This document shows positions 50,055-60,791 of a stretch of DNA of 64,000 nt, piece by piece. The notes below the pieces were generated by a model that ran no database searches, was not told the DNA's origin, and saw only the letters and a list, made by a program, of their open reading frames with translations. Origin of the DNA: Candidatus Binatia bacterium (GTDB lineage Bacteria > Desulfobacterota > Binatia > UBA9968 > JAJDTQ01); assembly GCA_963666515.2 (NCBI GenBank), contig OY762897.2, positions 1,504,001 to 1,568,000 of the forward strand. The letters run 5' to 3'. A program made the position numbers and the translations under genes. How positions within the stretch are numbered: position 1 is the first letter of the stretch; each line of letters opens with the position of its first letter.

Positions 50055-51218
50055 GTGTCTGATTCCATGCTGCGATTCGGGGTTTTCCTGGCGCCCTTCC
50101 ATGCGCTGAACGAGAACCCCACCCTTCTCTTCGAGCGCGACCTGGAGCTGACCATGCTGCTGGACCGCCTCGGCTACGACGAGGCATGGATCGGCGAGCA
50201 CCACTCGGGCGGGTTCGAGACCATCGCCGCGCCGGAAGTCTTCATCGCCGCCGCGGCCCGGGAGACACGGCGCATCCGCCTCGGCACCGGGGTGAAGTCC
50301 CTCCCCTACGTGCATCCTTTCATGGTGGCCGACGCCATGGTCCAGCTCGACCACATGACCCGCGGGCGCGCCATGTTCGGCGTGGGGCCTGGCGCCCTGC
50401 CCTCGGACGCCACGCAGATGGGCATCGACCCGCGGCGCACCCGGCGCATGATGAACGAGTCGCTGGACGTGATCATCCCGCTGCTGGAGGGCGAGCGCGT
50501 AAGCGCCAGGACCGACTGGTTCACCCTGGACCGGGCCAAGCTGCAGCACGCCTCCTTTACCCGGCCGCGAATGGAAATGGCCGTGACCACCATCCGCTCG
50601 CCCGCGGGCGCATCGCTGGCCGGCCGCTACGGGCTCGGGCTGCTTTCCCTCGGCGGACACTCCGACGAGGCGCTGGCCGCCTACGCCCACAACTGGGGAA
50701 TCTACGAGGAAGCCGCGGCCGCCCACGGCCGCGTCGCCGACCGGGCACTGTTCCGCATCGCCGTGCAGATGCATATCGCCGACACGCGTGAGCAGGCCAT
50801 GAAGGACGTCCGCTTCGGAATCGACGCCTGGGGCGGCTACGCACGCGACGTACTGCCCAATCAGACGGTTCCCAAGGGAGTCACCGACACCCGCACGTTC
50901 ATCGTCGAGTCCGGCCGCGCCATCATCGGCACGCCCGCCGACGCCATCCGCGAGATCGAGCGCATGCAGGCCGGCACCGGCGGCTTCGGCGTGGTGCTGT
51001 TCATGTGCCACGACTGGGTCGACTGGGCCGCCACCAACCGCAGCTACGAGCTGTTCGCCCGGCACGTCATCCCGCACTTCCAGGGCCAGTTCGCTTCCAG
51101 ACAGACCAGCTACGACGAGGCCGCGGAGTGGCAACCGGAATTCCGCGCTGCGGCGATGGAAGGCGTCGCCGCAGCCAAGGCGGAGTACGAGGACAAGCGA
51201 AAAAAGCAGGCAGGCTGA
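50055..51218 (+). CDS. LLM-class flavin-dependent oxidoreductase
   Basis: FGVFLAPFH, WIGEHH, IRLGTGV, LDHMTRGR, GVGPGALPSD. Confidence 0.9.
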   Translation: MSDSMLRFGVFLAPFHALNENPTLLFERDLELTMLLDRLGYDEAWIGEHHSGGFETIAAPEVFIAAAARETRRIRLGTGVKSLPYVHPFMVADAMVQLDHMTRGRAMFGVGPGALPSDATQMGIDPRRTRRMMNESLDVIIPLLEGERVSARTDWFTLDRAKLQHASFTRPRMEMAVTTIRSPAGASLAGRYGLGLLSLGGHSDEALAAYAHNWGIYEEAAAAHGRVADRALFRIAVQMHIADTREQAMKDVRFGIDAWGGYARDVLPNQTVPKGVTDTRTFIVESGRAIIGTPADAIREIERMQAGTGGFGVVLFMCHDWVDWAATNRSYELFARHVIPHFQGQFASRQTSYDEAAEWQPEFRAAAMEGVAAAKAEYEDKRKKQAG

Positions 51219-51490
51219 GGGAGGACAGCGCCGCCGGCGAGCCCCCAGTACCCACGACATCTCCTTTTGCTACGACGACTTCCATGCCGCGGGCGCGGCC
51301 TCACGCCTGTTCGGCGTTATTCCCCTCCAGTCACTGATCTTTCCGAACGGTCCGCCTCGCAAGGGCCTCCTTGCAGGAGAGGACTGCAACCATGGCCCGT
51401 ATTTTGCACCCATGAAACGAGACGGCGTCGGGCGGTATCGCTGAAACTCCGGGCCGTTCAGCGATACTTGAACACATTCCGTTAAGGGAA

Positions 51491-51538
51491 TACGATGAGC
51501 ACTTGCAAGAGCTGAGAAAGGAAGGGTTGATCGAATGA
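51491..51538 (+). pseudogene. C-terminal remnant of a RelE/Gp49-like toxin
   Basis: YDEHLQELRKEGLIE* with ATGA overlap into the antitoxin; no recognisable toxin N-terminus upstream. Confidence 0.55.
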
Positions 51539-51888
51539 GCGGCCTCAACACCTTTAGCGAACTCACAAAGGACTTTTCTCCGGGGCGTCGGGCGCGGGTA
51601 GATGCCAAGACAGCGGAGCTTCGCTCAGCCATGCCGCTTCACGAGCTTCGACAGGCCCGGGCACTGACCCAGAAGGCGCTTGGCAAGGCATTGAACGTCA
51701 ACCAGCCGGCGGTCGCCAAGCTGGAACGGAGAGCCGACATGTACATCTCAAAACTCCGCGCCTACATCGAAGCGATGGGGGGAGAACTGAGCATTGTCGT
51801 CCGGTTTCCGGAGGGAGATGTCGCAATCACCAATTTCGCGGATGGAGAACCATGGTGTTCGGTCAACCCAAGACCCACAGAAGGTTGA
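51535..51888 (+). CDS. XRE/HTH antitoxin
   Basis: LHELRQARALTQ..LNVNQPAVAKLERRADMYISKLRAYIEAMGG. Confidence 0.88.
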   Translation: MSGLNTFSELTKDFSPGRRARVDAKTAELRSAMPLHELRQARALTQKALGKALNVNQPAVAKLERRADMYISKLRAYIEAMGGELSIVVRFPEGDVAITNFADGEPWCSVNPRPTEG

Positions 51889-51913
51889 CAGGCAGTACAA
51901 TTGTAGCTACAGT
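51885..51913 (+). promoter_or_regulatory. sigma70 promoter of brnTA with overlapping palindromes
   Basis: TTGACA-N17-TACAGT; palindromes TACAATTGTA and TGTAGCTACA. Confidence 0.65.
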
Positions 51914-51938
51914 CCCGTAACGATATGAGAGTAGTTTA

Positions 51939-52229
51939 GTGTATTGGGCGTGGGACGAGGAGAAGAATCGAGTCAACAAGCAGAAGCACGGAATCGGCTT
52001 CGAGACAGCGAAGCTCGTGTTTGACGATCCGTTGATGACGCATAGGCCCGACTCCAGTGCGGACGAAGAGCGCTGGCAGACCATCGGTCTTGTCGGCGAC
52101 GTAGTCGTGATCGTGGCGCACACTTGGCCCAAGGCAGAACACGAGACCGGCCTCGAAGTCGGTCGCATCATCAGTGCTCGAAAAGCTACTACCCACGAGA
52201 GGAGAGCCTATGAAGAAGGCGACTTCTAA
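51939..52229 (+). CDS. brnT: BrnT family toxin
   Basis: WDEEKNRVNKQKHGIGFE, EERWQTIG, RIISARKAT. Confidence 0.92.
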   Translation: MYWAWDEEKNRVNKQKHGIGFETAKLVFDDPLMTHRPDSSADEERWQTIGLVGDVVVIVAHTWPKAEHETGLEVGRIISARKATTHERRAYEEGDF

Positions 52230-52497
52230 AGGACTGACCAGGGAGCAGAAGGCCGAGATCAAGGCACTTGCGAACCTCCCCGACGAGAAGATCGACACAA
52301 GCGACATACCTGAGATTCTCGACTGGTCGGGGGCCAAGCGCGGTCTATTGTATCGACCCAAACAGCAGATCACCCTGAGGCTTGATGCCGACGTGCTTGC
52401 GTGGTTCAGGGCGACCGCCCCAGACGGACGCGGATACCAGACCGAGATCAACCGCGTGCTGCGTGAGCATGCCCGACGGTCTTTCACACGCGCATAG
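52210..52497 (+). CDS. brnA: BrnA family antitoxin
   Basis: IDTSDIPE, KQQITLRLDADVLAWF, GYQTEINRVLR. Confidence 0.92.
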   Translation: MKKATSKGLTREQKAEIKALANLPDEKIDTSDIPEILDWSGAKRGLLYRPKQQITLRLDADVLAWFRATAPDGRGYQTEINRVLREHARRSFTRA

Positions 52498-52724
52498 GAC
52501 ACTTCTCTTCAGGATACTACTGGGACTCACGACCTTGTCAGGACCGAATACGCGTCCCTAACGGTGTCACCACTCGGTCAAGACGTTCCGCCGTTACAGA
52601 GCTTCGTCATCGCTTTCACGATTAGAGGCCGTCCATGAAGAGGCCGAAGAGATGATCAAGGGCATGCACACGACGGGACTGCGTCAGTTTGAGATCAATT
52701 CTACGAGGCGCGGCCGACATGGCG

Positions 52725-53213
52725 TCAACCAGTTTCCTTATCGCGTAGCTCTTTCCGCGCCTCCCTCATGGCCGTGTTCAGCTCCGCCATCTGCGCGTCT
52801 GTACCACCGACGTCGGGATGGGCTGACTTCGCCAATCGACGCCATCCGGATTCGACTTCGTGCAAGGTGGGCTTTTCGCCCTCCTTGAAGCCCAGGACCT
52901 CGCGCCAAGTTGGCTTCTTGAATGGCCGGGCGGGGACTCTCGCTCGGTTTTCTCTACTGCTTCCCGTTTGTCCTTGACGCTGCGCATTTTGGGTTTCGTT
53001 GCTTTTTCGGTGACCTGCAGAGCCCGGGTGTTGCCACTGTTGCGTCCTTCGCCTCCCTGACAGCTCACACAGCAGCAGAAGCCAAGTGAGGCTAATGATG
53101 AGGCTTAGTACGGGGTGCGTTTCCGAGCCATAAAGTAGGACAAGGACGATTGGAGCAAGGACGACGGTGACCGCGATGATACCGTAGATGATGATCTTGA
53201 GAGAGTCCTTCAT
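52725..53213 (-). CDS. Membrane-anchored J-domain protein
   Basis: Two N-terminal hydrophobic helices; WREVLG...WRRLAKSAHPDVGG..MAELNTA. Confidence 0.75.
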   Translation of the reverse strand: MKDSLKIIIYGIIAVTVVLAPIVLVLLYGSETHPVLSLIISLTWLLLLCELSGRRRTQQWQHPGSAGHRKSNETQNAQRQGQTGSSRENRARVPARPFKKPTWREVLGFKEGEKPTLHEVESGWRRLAKSAHPDVGGTDAQMAELNTAMREARKELRDKETG

Positions 53214-53632
53214 CCCAGCAAAATTCTAGGGAGCTACCGAGATGCTGCGACCCCGCATTCCGACTCCCTGACAAGCTCCTCGGCCCAGTCGGGCCACAGA
53301 TCAATCTACCCGATGTACTCATCCAGAATCTGGCGGTCAATTTTTGCCAATTTGCGCGAGGGTCCGTTCATGGCCCCTCGGTGGGCACGGTACTCTTCGG
53401 CGATCCTATTGGAGTCCGACAAGGGTTCCTCTCCTTCCTGGATAGCCTCCTCGAAAACCAACTGAAGTAGTGTAGAAAGGCGGCACACGTCACCTTTTTA
53501 CCGGGGCTCTCCGGTAGTAACCAAAGGCCAGAGTCGTTCCGCCTTGGGCTTTGTTGTATCTGGACCCGGCAAAGCCGTCAAGCACGGCCTTGGGCGCCTC
53601 TCTCCCCTTAGAGCCACCGAAAATTACCATTA

Positions 53633-54295
53633 TCACAGTGCAGGGTTGGGAGGGAATCCAGGGAGTCGCAGGGGTACGAACCGAAAATAGATTTCCAGAA
53701 TGTTGTAATCGGACTCATCGTAGTACGGAATCGGCATGGGGGTTACTACCGGCGAAACTCTTTCTTCAGGCCTGAATGACTTAACGAGCACAAGATACAT
53801 TCGCATGTTCAGGAAGAAGTCCGTTGCTAGCTTGGCCTCTGCTACTTGGTCAGGCGTCAAGGCACCAGCCTTGTGGATAATATTGTTACGCGCATTCCGG
53901 GCTCTTTGCAGGAGAGGCAGGGCCTCCGCCGGCAAGATGTCCAGCGCGTACGCGAGGTTGATTCTTCCCTCCAAGGTTCTAGGCACCGCCTTCCGCAAAT
54001 TCGCTATGTTCAGCGATCGGCGCTGGTCGTCTTCGTGGCAAAGGGACAACTGAACAAGGACATCCTCTTGGAGATACTCAGAGAAAAGAGCCTCGGCCAA
54101 TGCGAGTGCTGCGCGCGGCGAACTCTCATCCATTTCCTTCTTGAGAGCGGCATCCTCCTCCTCGCGCGACATCTGTGGCGTCGGGTCCTCCGGCGTCGTC
54201 TTTACAGGGATTGTCCCGTCGCAGACCCCCTCTACCCACCTGATCATTTCCTGGGTCAAGAAGCGTTGGGTCTCGGGATCGCGGAGCTTTCTCAT
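53633..54295 (-). CDS. Hypothetical protein, MtlR/HEPN-like
   Basis: ESSPRAALAL, RINLAYALDIL, RNARNNIIH (RxxxxH). Confidence 0.55.
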   Translation of the reverse strand: MRKLRDPETQRFLTQEMIRWVEGVCDGTIPVKTTPEDPTPQMSREEEDAALKKEMDESSPRAALALAEALFSEYLQEDVLVQLSLCHEDDQRRSLNIANLRKAVPRTLEGRINLAYALDILPAEALPLLQRARNARNNIIHKAGALTPDQVAEAKLATDFFLNMRMYLVLVKSFRPEERVSPVVTPMPIPYYDESDYNILEIYFRFVPLRLPGFPPNPAL

Positions 54296-54594
54296 AGTCC
54301 CAATCCAACGCAGCGGAGACCTATACGTCGGGCGTTGAGGGTCTCCTCGAGGTAACGCTGGAACTCGTCTAGGAGTTCTTCCTCTGGTCGTTGGTCCTCT
54401 TCTTCATCGTATCGCTGCCACTGGGCCGTTTCGCGAGCCTCTTGCTCCAAGTCCCGGGCAAGCTTTTCGGCCCAAGGCGGTAACGTATCATCCGCCATGT
54501 CCTTTTCAATGAGTTCGAGAAAAGAGCAGGTGATTAAACGGCTCTCGTAGACGTCCAGACGGTAGCTGAACTCGGCTCTTGTGATCCAGGACAT
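54292..54594 (-). CDS. Acidic hypothetical protein, possibly 5'-truncated by the IS
   Basis: 4-nt overlap with the downstream gene; begins 17 nt from the IS end. Confidence 0.45.
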   Translation of the reverse strand: MSWITRAEFSYRLDVYESRLITCSFLELIEKDMADDTLPPWAEKLARDLEQEARETAQWQRYDEEEDQRPEEELLDEFQRYLEETLNARRIGLRCVGLGL

Positions 54595-54611
54595 AGGGTC
54601 CGGTAGCTGTT

Positions 54612-56096
<1,485 letters not shown>

Positions 56097-56239
56097 GGCT
56101 CGTGGTAGGCTAGTCAGTTGCCAGCGGCGTCTCTCGGTGACGACTAAAGTTCGATCCCTACGCCCTCACTGCTACGGGGGACGGCAAATGTCCGCGTGGG
56201 AGGCGATGAGTCTGGAAAGACAAATTGGCTCTCCCGCCC

Positions 56240-57346
56240 TTATAAACTGTACAGCCGTGCACAGTTGTCCCAAAGGATCTTGCGCTTCGTCTCCCGGGAG
56301 ACGCCTTCGACCTCCAGGAACTCCTCGACGGCGTGGGGGAAGTCCGAGTCACCGTGGGGGTAGTCGGTGGAGTAGACGATGTTGTCGTCGCCTATCAGCT
56401 CGGCGACCATGGGAAGCTCCTTCTCGGACTCGGTGGAGATCCAGCACTGGCGCTTGAAGAATTCGCTGGGCTTGAGCTCGGAGATATTGGGGTGGCGGGC
56501 TTTGGACACGGCGCCGTCCATGCGGTGGAGCATGAAGGAGACCCAGCCGCAATAGCATTCGAGGAACGCCACCTTGAGCTTGGGATGGCGCTCCAGCACG
56601 CCGCCGCCGATGATGTCGATCATGGCCATCATGTTGGACATGGGGTGCTCGCAGATGTGCCGCAGCAGCAGGTCGTCACCGAACACGTCGCCCATCTGGC
56701 GGACCTCGCCCGCGGAGGCCGCCGAGTGGAAGCCCATAGGGATGCCCAGCTCTTCCAGGTTGGACCACAGGACGTCGTAGTAGCGGGAATGCCAAGGCAA
56801 CGAGCGTAGCGGCTCTGGGCGCGCGAACACGGACACGAAGCCCAACTCCTCCACCGCCCTTCGGGCTTCCTTGGCGGCCTCGGTGACATCGTGGAGCGAG
56901 ATCATGGCCGAGCCCTTCATGCGCTCGGGATCGGTCTGGCAGAAGTCGTGGAGCCAGTTGTTGTAGGCCCGGGCTATGGCGGCACCGAGCTTCGGGTCCA
57001 TGTCGTCCCGCATCATGACGCCCAAGCCGATGGACGGGTACATGACTGCCAGGTCCAGCCCCTCCTTCTCCATGGCGTCGAGCTGTGACATCCCGTCGAA
57101 GCCCCGGGCGCGTGCGCCGGCGATCTCCTTGTCGATGCGCCTGGCGTCGAAGATGCCGCCGCGGTAGGCCGGCGGGTAGCCCTTGAGGATCTTGCCGTCG
57201 AGCATGACCATGGCCGAGCTTCGGGTGGTAGTGCTCAGTATCTTGGGTCCCCGGTCGCGCCACTCGGGCTCCAGGTACTTCTCCCACAGGTCCGCGGGCT
57301 CGCGCACGTGCATGTCCGAGTCCATGACTTTCAGTCCGTCCTTCAT
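56240..57346 (-). CDS. Amidohydrolase_2 family protein
   Basis: DSDMH, RAYNNW, FHS, LECYCGW, STDYPH. Confidence 0.9.
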   Translation of the reverse strand: MKDGLKVMDSDMHVREPADLWEKYLEPEWRDRGPKILSTTTRSSAMVMLDGKILKGYPPAYRGGIFDARRIDKEIAGARARGFDGMSQLDAMEKEGLDLAVMYPSIGLGVMMRDDMDPKLGAAIARAYNNWLHDFCQTDPERMKGSAMISLHDVTEAAKEARRAVEELGFVSVFARPEPLRSLPWHSRYYDVLWSNLEELGIPMGFHSAASAGEVRQMGDVFGDDLLLRHICEHPMSNMMAMIDIIGGGVLERHPKLKVAFLECYCGWVSFMLHRMDGAVSKARHPNISELKPSEFFKRQCWISTESEKELPMVAELIGDDNIVYSTDYPHGDSDFPHAVEEFLEVEGVSRETKRKILWDNCARLYSL

Positions 57347-57409
57347 GAGCGTTCCTCTCCCCTGCTTACGTGATTCGTCCTGATGCGGTGCGGCCCCGAC
57401 CGGAACCCG

Positions 57410-58861
57410 CTAACCCGCCGCCATCACCCGGGCGGCGGCGTCCTCACAGGCCGTGCCCGCGAAGAAGTCCGGGTTCACGCCGGCATAGAACCGCACCGCG
57501 TTGGTGAAGCTGAAATCGCGGAAGTCTTCGTCGGTGATGTGCCCTCGTTCCACCAGCTCGTGGGCCTCGGCCACCACCTCGGTCATGTCGGTGACGTCCC
57601 AATGGCCGATGTCCGAGCTCATCATGGCGCCGAGACGGGCGCCGAAGGGATTGAGCCTGTCGTTGAAGGCCCAGGCGATCATGCGGTCGTCGGCCTCGCA
57701 GCCGAAATAGAAGCGCGGCACGAAGCGGTCGCGGATGTCCTCGGCCTTGTCGATGCCGCACCGGGCCCAGTCATCCAGGTTTTCGGGGCGCCGCTGTTTG
57801 CGCGCAAGCGAGGCGCGTATCTCCTCCAGCTTGTCCCCGCCGTCGACGCCGGCGTATTCCGCCACCAGCTTCATCATGAGATCGAGGTCGGTGCTCTCCG
57901 GATCCAATGCCGCGATGGCGTCCCGGTTCCGCTTCTCCCAGTGCTCCAGGATGTCGCTGTAGAGGCTGCAAGCCCAGGCCACGCCGCATTCCAGGAAGGC
58001 GAAGTTCAACTTGGGAAAACGATGGGTAACCCCGCCGAAAAACAGGGCTTTGCACATGGCTTCGCCCGCGGAGGCAAAGTGGCCGATGTGGTTGTACATG
58101 TAGTTGGACACCGAGCGGCGGCTGCCCCAACCCTGGCCGCTGGCATGAGAGGTCGGGGCCACTCCCAGCTCCAGGCAGCGCTGCCAGAACGGATCGTAGT
58201 CGTGATCGCTGTCCAGCGCCAGGGTGTCGATGTAGCGGGCGAAGGGCGCCAGATCCGGCCGCTCTTCCTGCACTCGGGGGATCGGCCGGTCCACGTGGGA
58301 GATGACGATGGTCTTGAGGCCCAGCTCTCGCACGGCGTACTCGGTGTCCTCGATGGCCTCTTCCGGGGTGTGAGTGGGAATCACCGCGGCCGGGGTCATC
58401 CGGTCCGAGCACTCGCCGTAGAACTCGGCGTGGAACTTGTTGAGCGCCCGGCAGGAGACCCGGCGCAGTTCCTCGTCCTCGAACCGGGGCGGTCCGCTCA
58501 GACCCTCGGTGGGATAGAGCACGGCGAAGTCGATGCCCAGCCGGTCCATCCGCTCGTGCAGCAGCCGCGGCAGCGACGCCGTGGCCCGGTCCAGGGTGTT
58601 GCGGGCCGGTCGCGCCCACCAGGGCGGGCAGTGAGCCCGGACGCTCCGCCGTTCCGCCTCGGTCATGGAGGACCAGCGGCTGTTGGAGCGGGCGCGCATG
58701 GCCTCGCCGTAGCGCCGGGGCATGTCAGCGCCGCCCAGCTCCTTCAGGTAGTCGTGATAGAGCGGGGTCAGCTCGACCGTATGGCCGTCGGTGTCGATGA
58801 CCGGATGGTCGAGGCGTGCGCGAACCGCCTCGGATTCCGAAGTGCGTCGTGAGCCGGTCAC
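57410..58861 (-). CDS. Amidohydrolase family protein (long type)
   Basis: VIDTDGH, YDPFW, FAFLECGVAW, SSDIGHWD. Confidence 0.85.
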   Translation of the reverse strand: MTGSRRTSESEAVRARLDHPVIDTDGHTVELTPLYHDYLKELGGADMPRRYGEAMRARSNSRWSSMTEAERRSVRAHCPPWWARPARNTLDRATASLPRLLHERMDRLGIDFAVLYPTEGLSGPPRFEDEELRRVSCRALNKFHAEFYGECSDRMTPAAVIPTHTPEEAIEDTEYAVRELGLKTIVISHVDRPIPRVQEERPDLAPFARYIDTLALDSDHDYDPFWQRCLELGVAPTSHASGQGWGSRRSVSNYMYNHIGHFASAGEAMCKALFFGGVTHRFPKLNFAFLECGVAWACSLYSDILEHWEKRNRDAIAALDPESTDLDLMMKLVAEYAGVDGGDKLEEIRASLARKQRRPENLDDWARCGIDKAEDIRDRFVPRFYFGCEADDRMIAWAFNDRLNPFGARLGAMMSSDIGHWDVTDMTEVVAEAHELVERGHITDEDFRDFSFTNAVRFYAGVNPDFFAGTACEDAAARVMAAG

Positions 58862-58910
58862 TCTCTAACCCCTTCCGTGGATGGATCGGCCGGGCGGCGA
58901 GGAACCGGGA

Positions 58911-59861
58911 TTACCCTTCCGCCTCCAGCGCGTCCAGATCCTTGACGTAGTCGCGCAGGGCCGAGCCCAGCGTGAACTGTGGTTCCCAACCCAGGTGTTC
59001 CTTGGCGCGCGTGATGTCCAGCGGCTGCTTGGCTCCCTCGTGCGGCGTCCCGTCCGGCACCACCTCCACGTCCAGATCGGGGTAAATCGCCCTGGCCTCC
59101 TCCACCAGCTCGTCGAAGGTCGTGACCAGGCCCGTGCCGATGTTGAATACGTTGACCGGCGGCACCGGCACGGTGGCCGCCAAGTCCACGGCCCGTCCCA
59201 CGTCCTTGGCGTAGATGCGCTCCAGCGGCCTGGCTTGTCGCCGCGCGACCTTGGCGACGCCGCCGTGACGGCCACAGTCGAGAAGCGTATGGGTGATGGC
59301 GCCGCTCTCGGCCCCGCCCTGGAAATGCCCCAGACCGAACACGTGGGCCAGCCGCACCATCATCAGCTCGAAACCGAAGAGCCGCTGGTAGGCCTCCAGC
59401 ACCAGTTCCTGAACCGCCTTGGAGTTGCCGTAGGCCGTGCTGTCGCCCCGCTGGAGCGTCTCGGGCACCGGGTCCGATCCCTCGAACGCGCGGTTGTAGA
59501 CGCCGAGGGTGCTGATCTGCACCACCCGCTTGACGCCTGTCAGGCGCGCTGCCTCCGCGACGTTGATGGTGCCCTGGATGTTGACGTTGAAGGCCCAGTA
59601 GCCCTCCCGGGCCACCCGCCCGGCGATGATGGCCGCGGTGTGCAGCACCGTGTCGATGCCGTGGGCCTTGATGATCCCGGTGAGCGCCGGCAGGTCCAGC
59701 ACGTCTCCCTGAAGGGACACGTAGTCCGCGGAACCGAGCTTCTGCTTCAGGAAATCGTCCCGCGGCTGGAAGTCCACGAAGACGAGACGCTCCCCCCGCT
59801 CCGCGGCGAACTGCCCGAACGAGGCCCCGATGAGTCCGCTGCCCGTGATCAGAGTCGCCAT
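58911..59861 (-). CDS. NAD-dependent epimerase/dehydratase family protein
   Basis: ITGSGLIG, VNIQGT, ST, YGNSK. Confidence 0.88.
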   Translation of the reverse strand: MATLITGSGLIGASFGQFAAERGERLVFVDFQPRDDFLKQKLGSADYVSLQGDVLDLPALTGIIKAHGIDTVLHTAAIIAGRVAREGYWAFNVNIQGTINVAEAARLTGVKRVVQISTLGVYNRAFEGSDPVPETLQRGDSTAYGNSKAVQELVLEAYQRLFGFELMMVRLAHVFGLGHFQGGAESGAITHTLLDCGRHGGVAKVARRQARPLERIYAKDVGRAVDLAATVPVPPVNVFNIGTGLVTTFDELVEEARAIYPDLDVEVVPDGTPHEGAKQPLDITRAKEHLGWEPQFTLGSALRDYVKDLDALEAEG

Positions 59862-60028
59862 GCCGGGCAATCTAGCACGGACGGCGCAGGGTTGGGAGAG
59901 GGGCGCTTAATGTGCTCCTGGCTGCTTGCAAAAAGTCGTGGGACCCGGACACTGGTACAAAACGGGATCATACAGGTTCGTGGGCCAGCGGCCGTTTCTG
60001 AACGAGAAATCCCGGAGGTTAAACCACT

Positions 60029-60641
60029 ATGAACTGGGCATCCAGCGAGATTGTCGGAGTTCTGAGTTTTCTCTTGCCCGGGTTTGTAGCGGCCGCCATC
60101 TTTTACTCTCTTACTTCATATCCCAAGCCGAGCCCCCTTTGACCGCGTGGTTCAAGCTCTCATCTTTACCGTAATCGGAAAAGCCATTACCGACGGACTC
60201 CTCTTCTTTGCGAGCATCGTCGGCGATGACCCTTGGCGCAAGAAGTGGGAACTCCTGCTTTCTGTCATGGTTGCCGTTGTCCTTGGAATGCTGACCGCCT
60301 ATTGCGTCAATTGGGATACGCTGCATCGCCTTCTTCGTCGGCTTGGTGTAACCAGAGAAACCTCCTACGCATCCGAGTGGTACTCCGCCTTCTCGCGCCA
60401 TCCCGACTGCTATGTTACGTTACACCTAAAGGAAGGTCGTCGCCTTTTCGGGTGGCCTGAAGAATGGCCAAGTCGTCCCGACCAAGGCCACTTCCGAATC
60501 GCGGAAGCCGAATGGCTGGAGGACGAAAAGCGGACACCCGCGACGGGGGTAACAGCGATGTTGATACCCGTCGACCAAGTCGAAATGGTCGAATTCGTGA
60601 ATGCGATTGAGGAAGAACCCAAGGAGTTGAATCATGGCTAA
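60029..60641 (+). pseudogene. DUF6338-like membrane protein split by a +1 frameshift near 60135
   Basis: MNWASSEIVGVLSFLLPGF...PKPSP in frame 1 (stop 60140-60142), continuing as FDRVVQALIFT...LFGWPEEWPS...GHF in the +1 frame. Confidence 0.7.
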
Positions 60642-60762
60642 GGAACCAAACCCTCCGCCTTCAAGGCGCGTCGTTGACAAACGAGGTAGCGTCACACCCA
60701 AACCCCCTACCCTCAGAAAACCGCCGCCGCCACCCCCTCCTCCGCCCAAGAAAAGGGACTAG
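60634..60762 (+). CDS. 42-aa basic poly-proline peptide
   Basis: AAGGAG RBS; MAKEPNPPPSRRVVDKRGSVTPKPPTLRKPPPPPPPPPKKRD; 8-nt overlap with upstream gene. Confidence 0.65.
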   Translation: MAKEPNPPPSRRVVDKRGSVTPKPPTLRKPPPPPPPPPKKRD

Positions 60763-60791
60763 CCATTGAGTGTGGCGCCGATCCGAGTTCG

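Noticed and set aside
53233-53488. Short ORF whose read-through (DLWPDWAEELVRE) resembles DTLPPWAEKLARD in ORF 54292-54594
   Set aside because: Similarity is too short to distinguish from chance without an alignment
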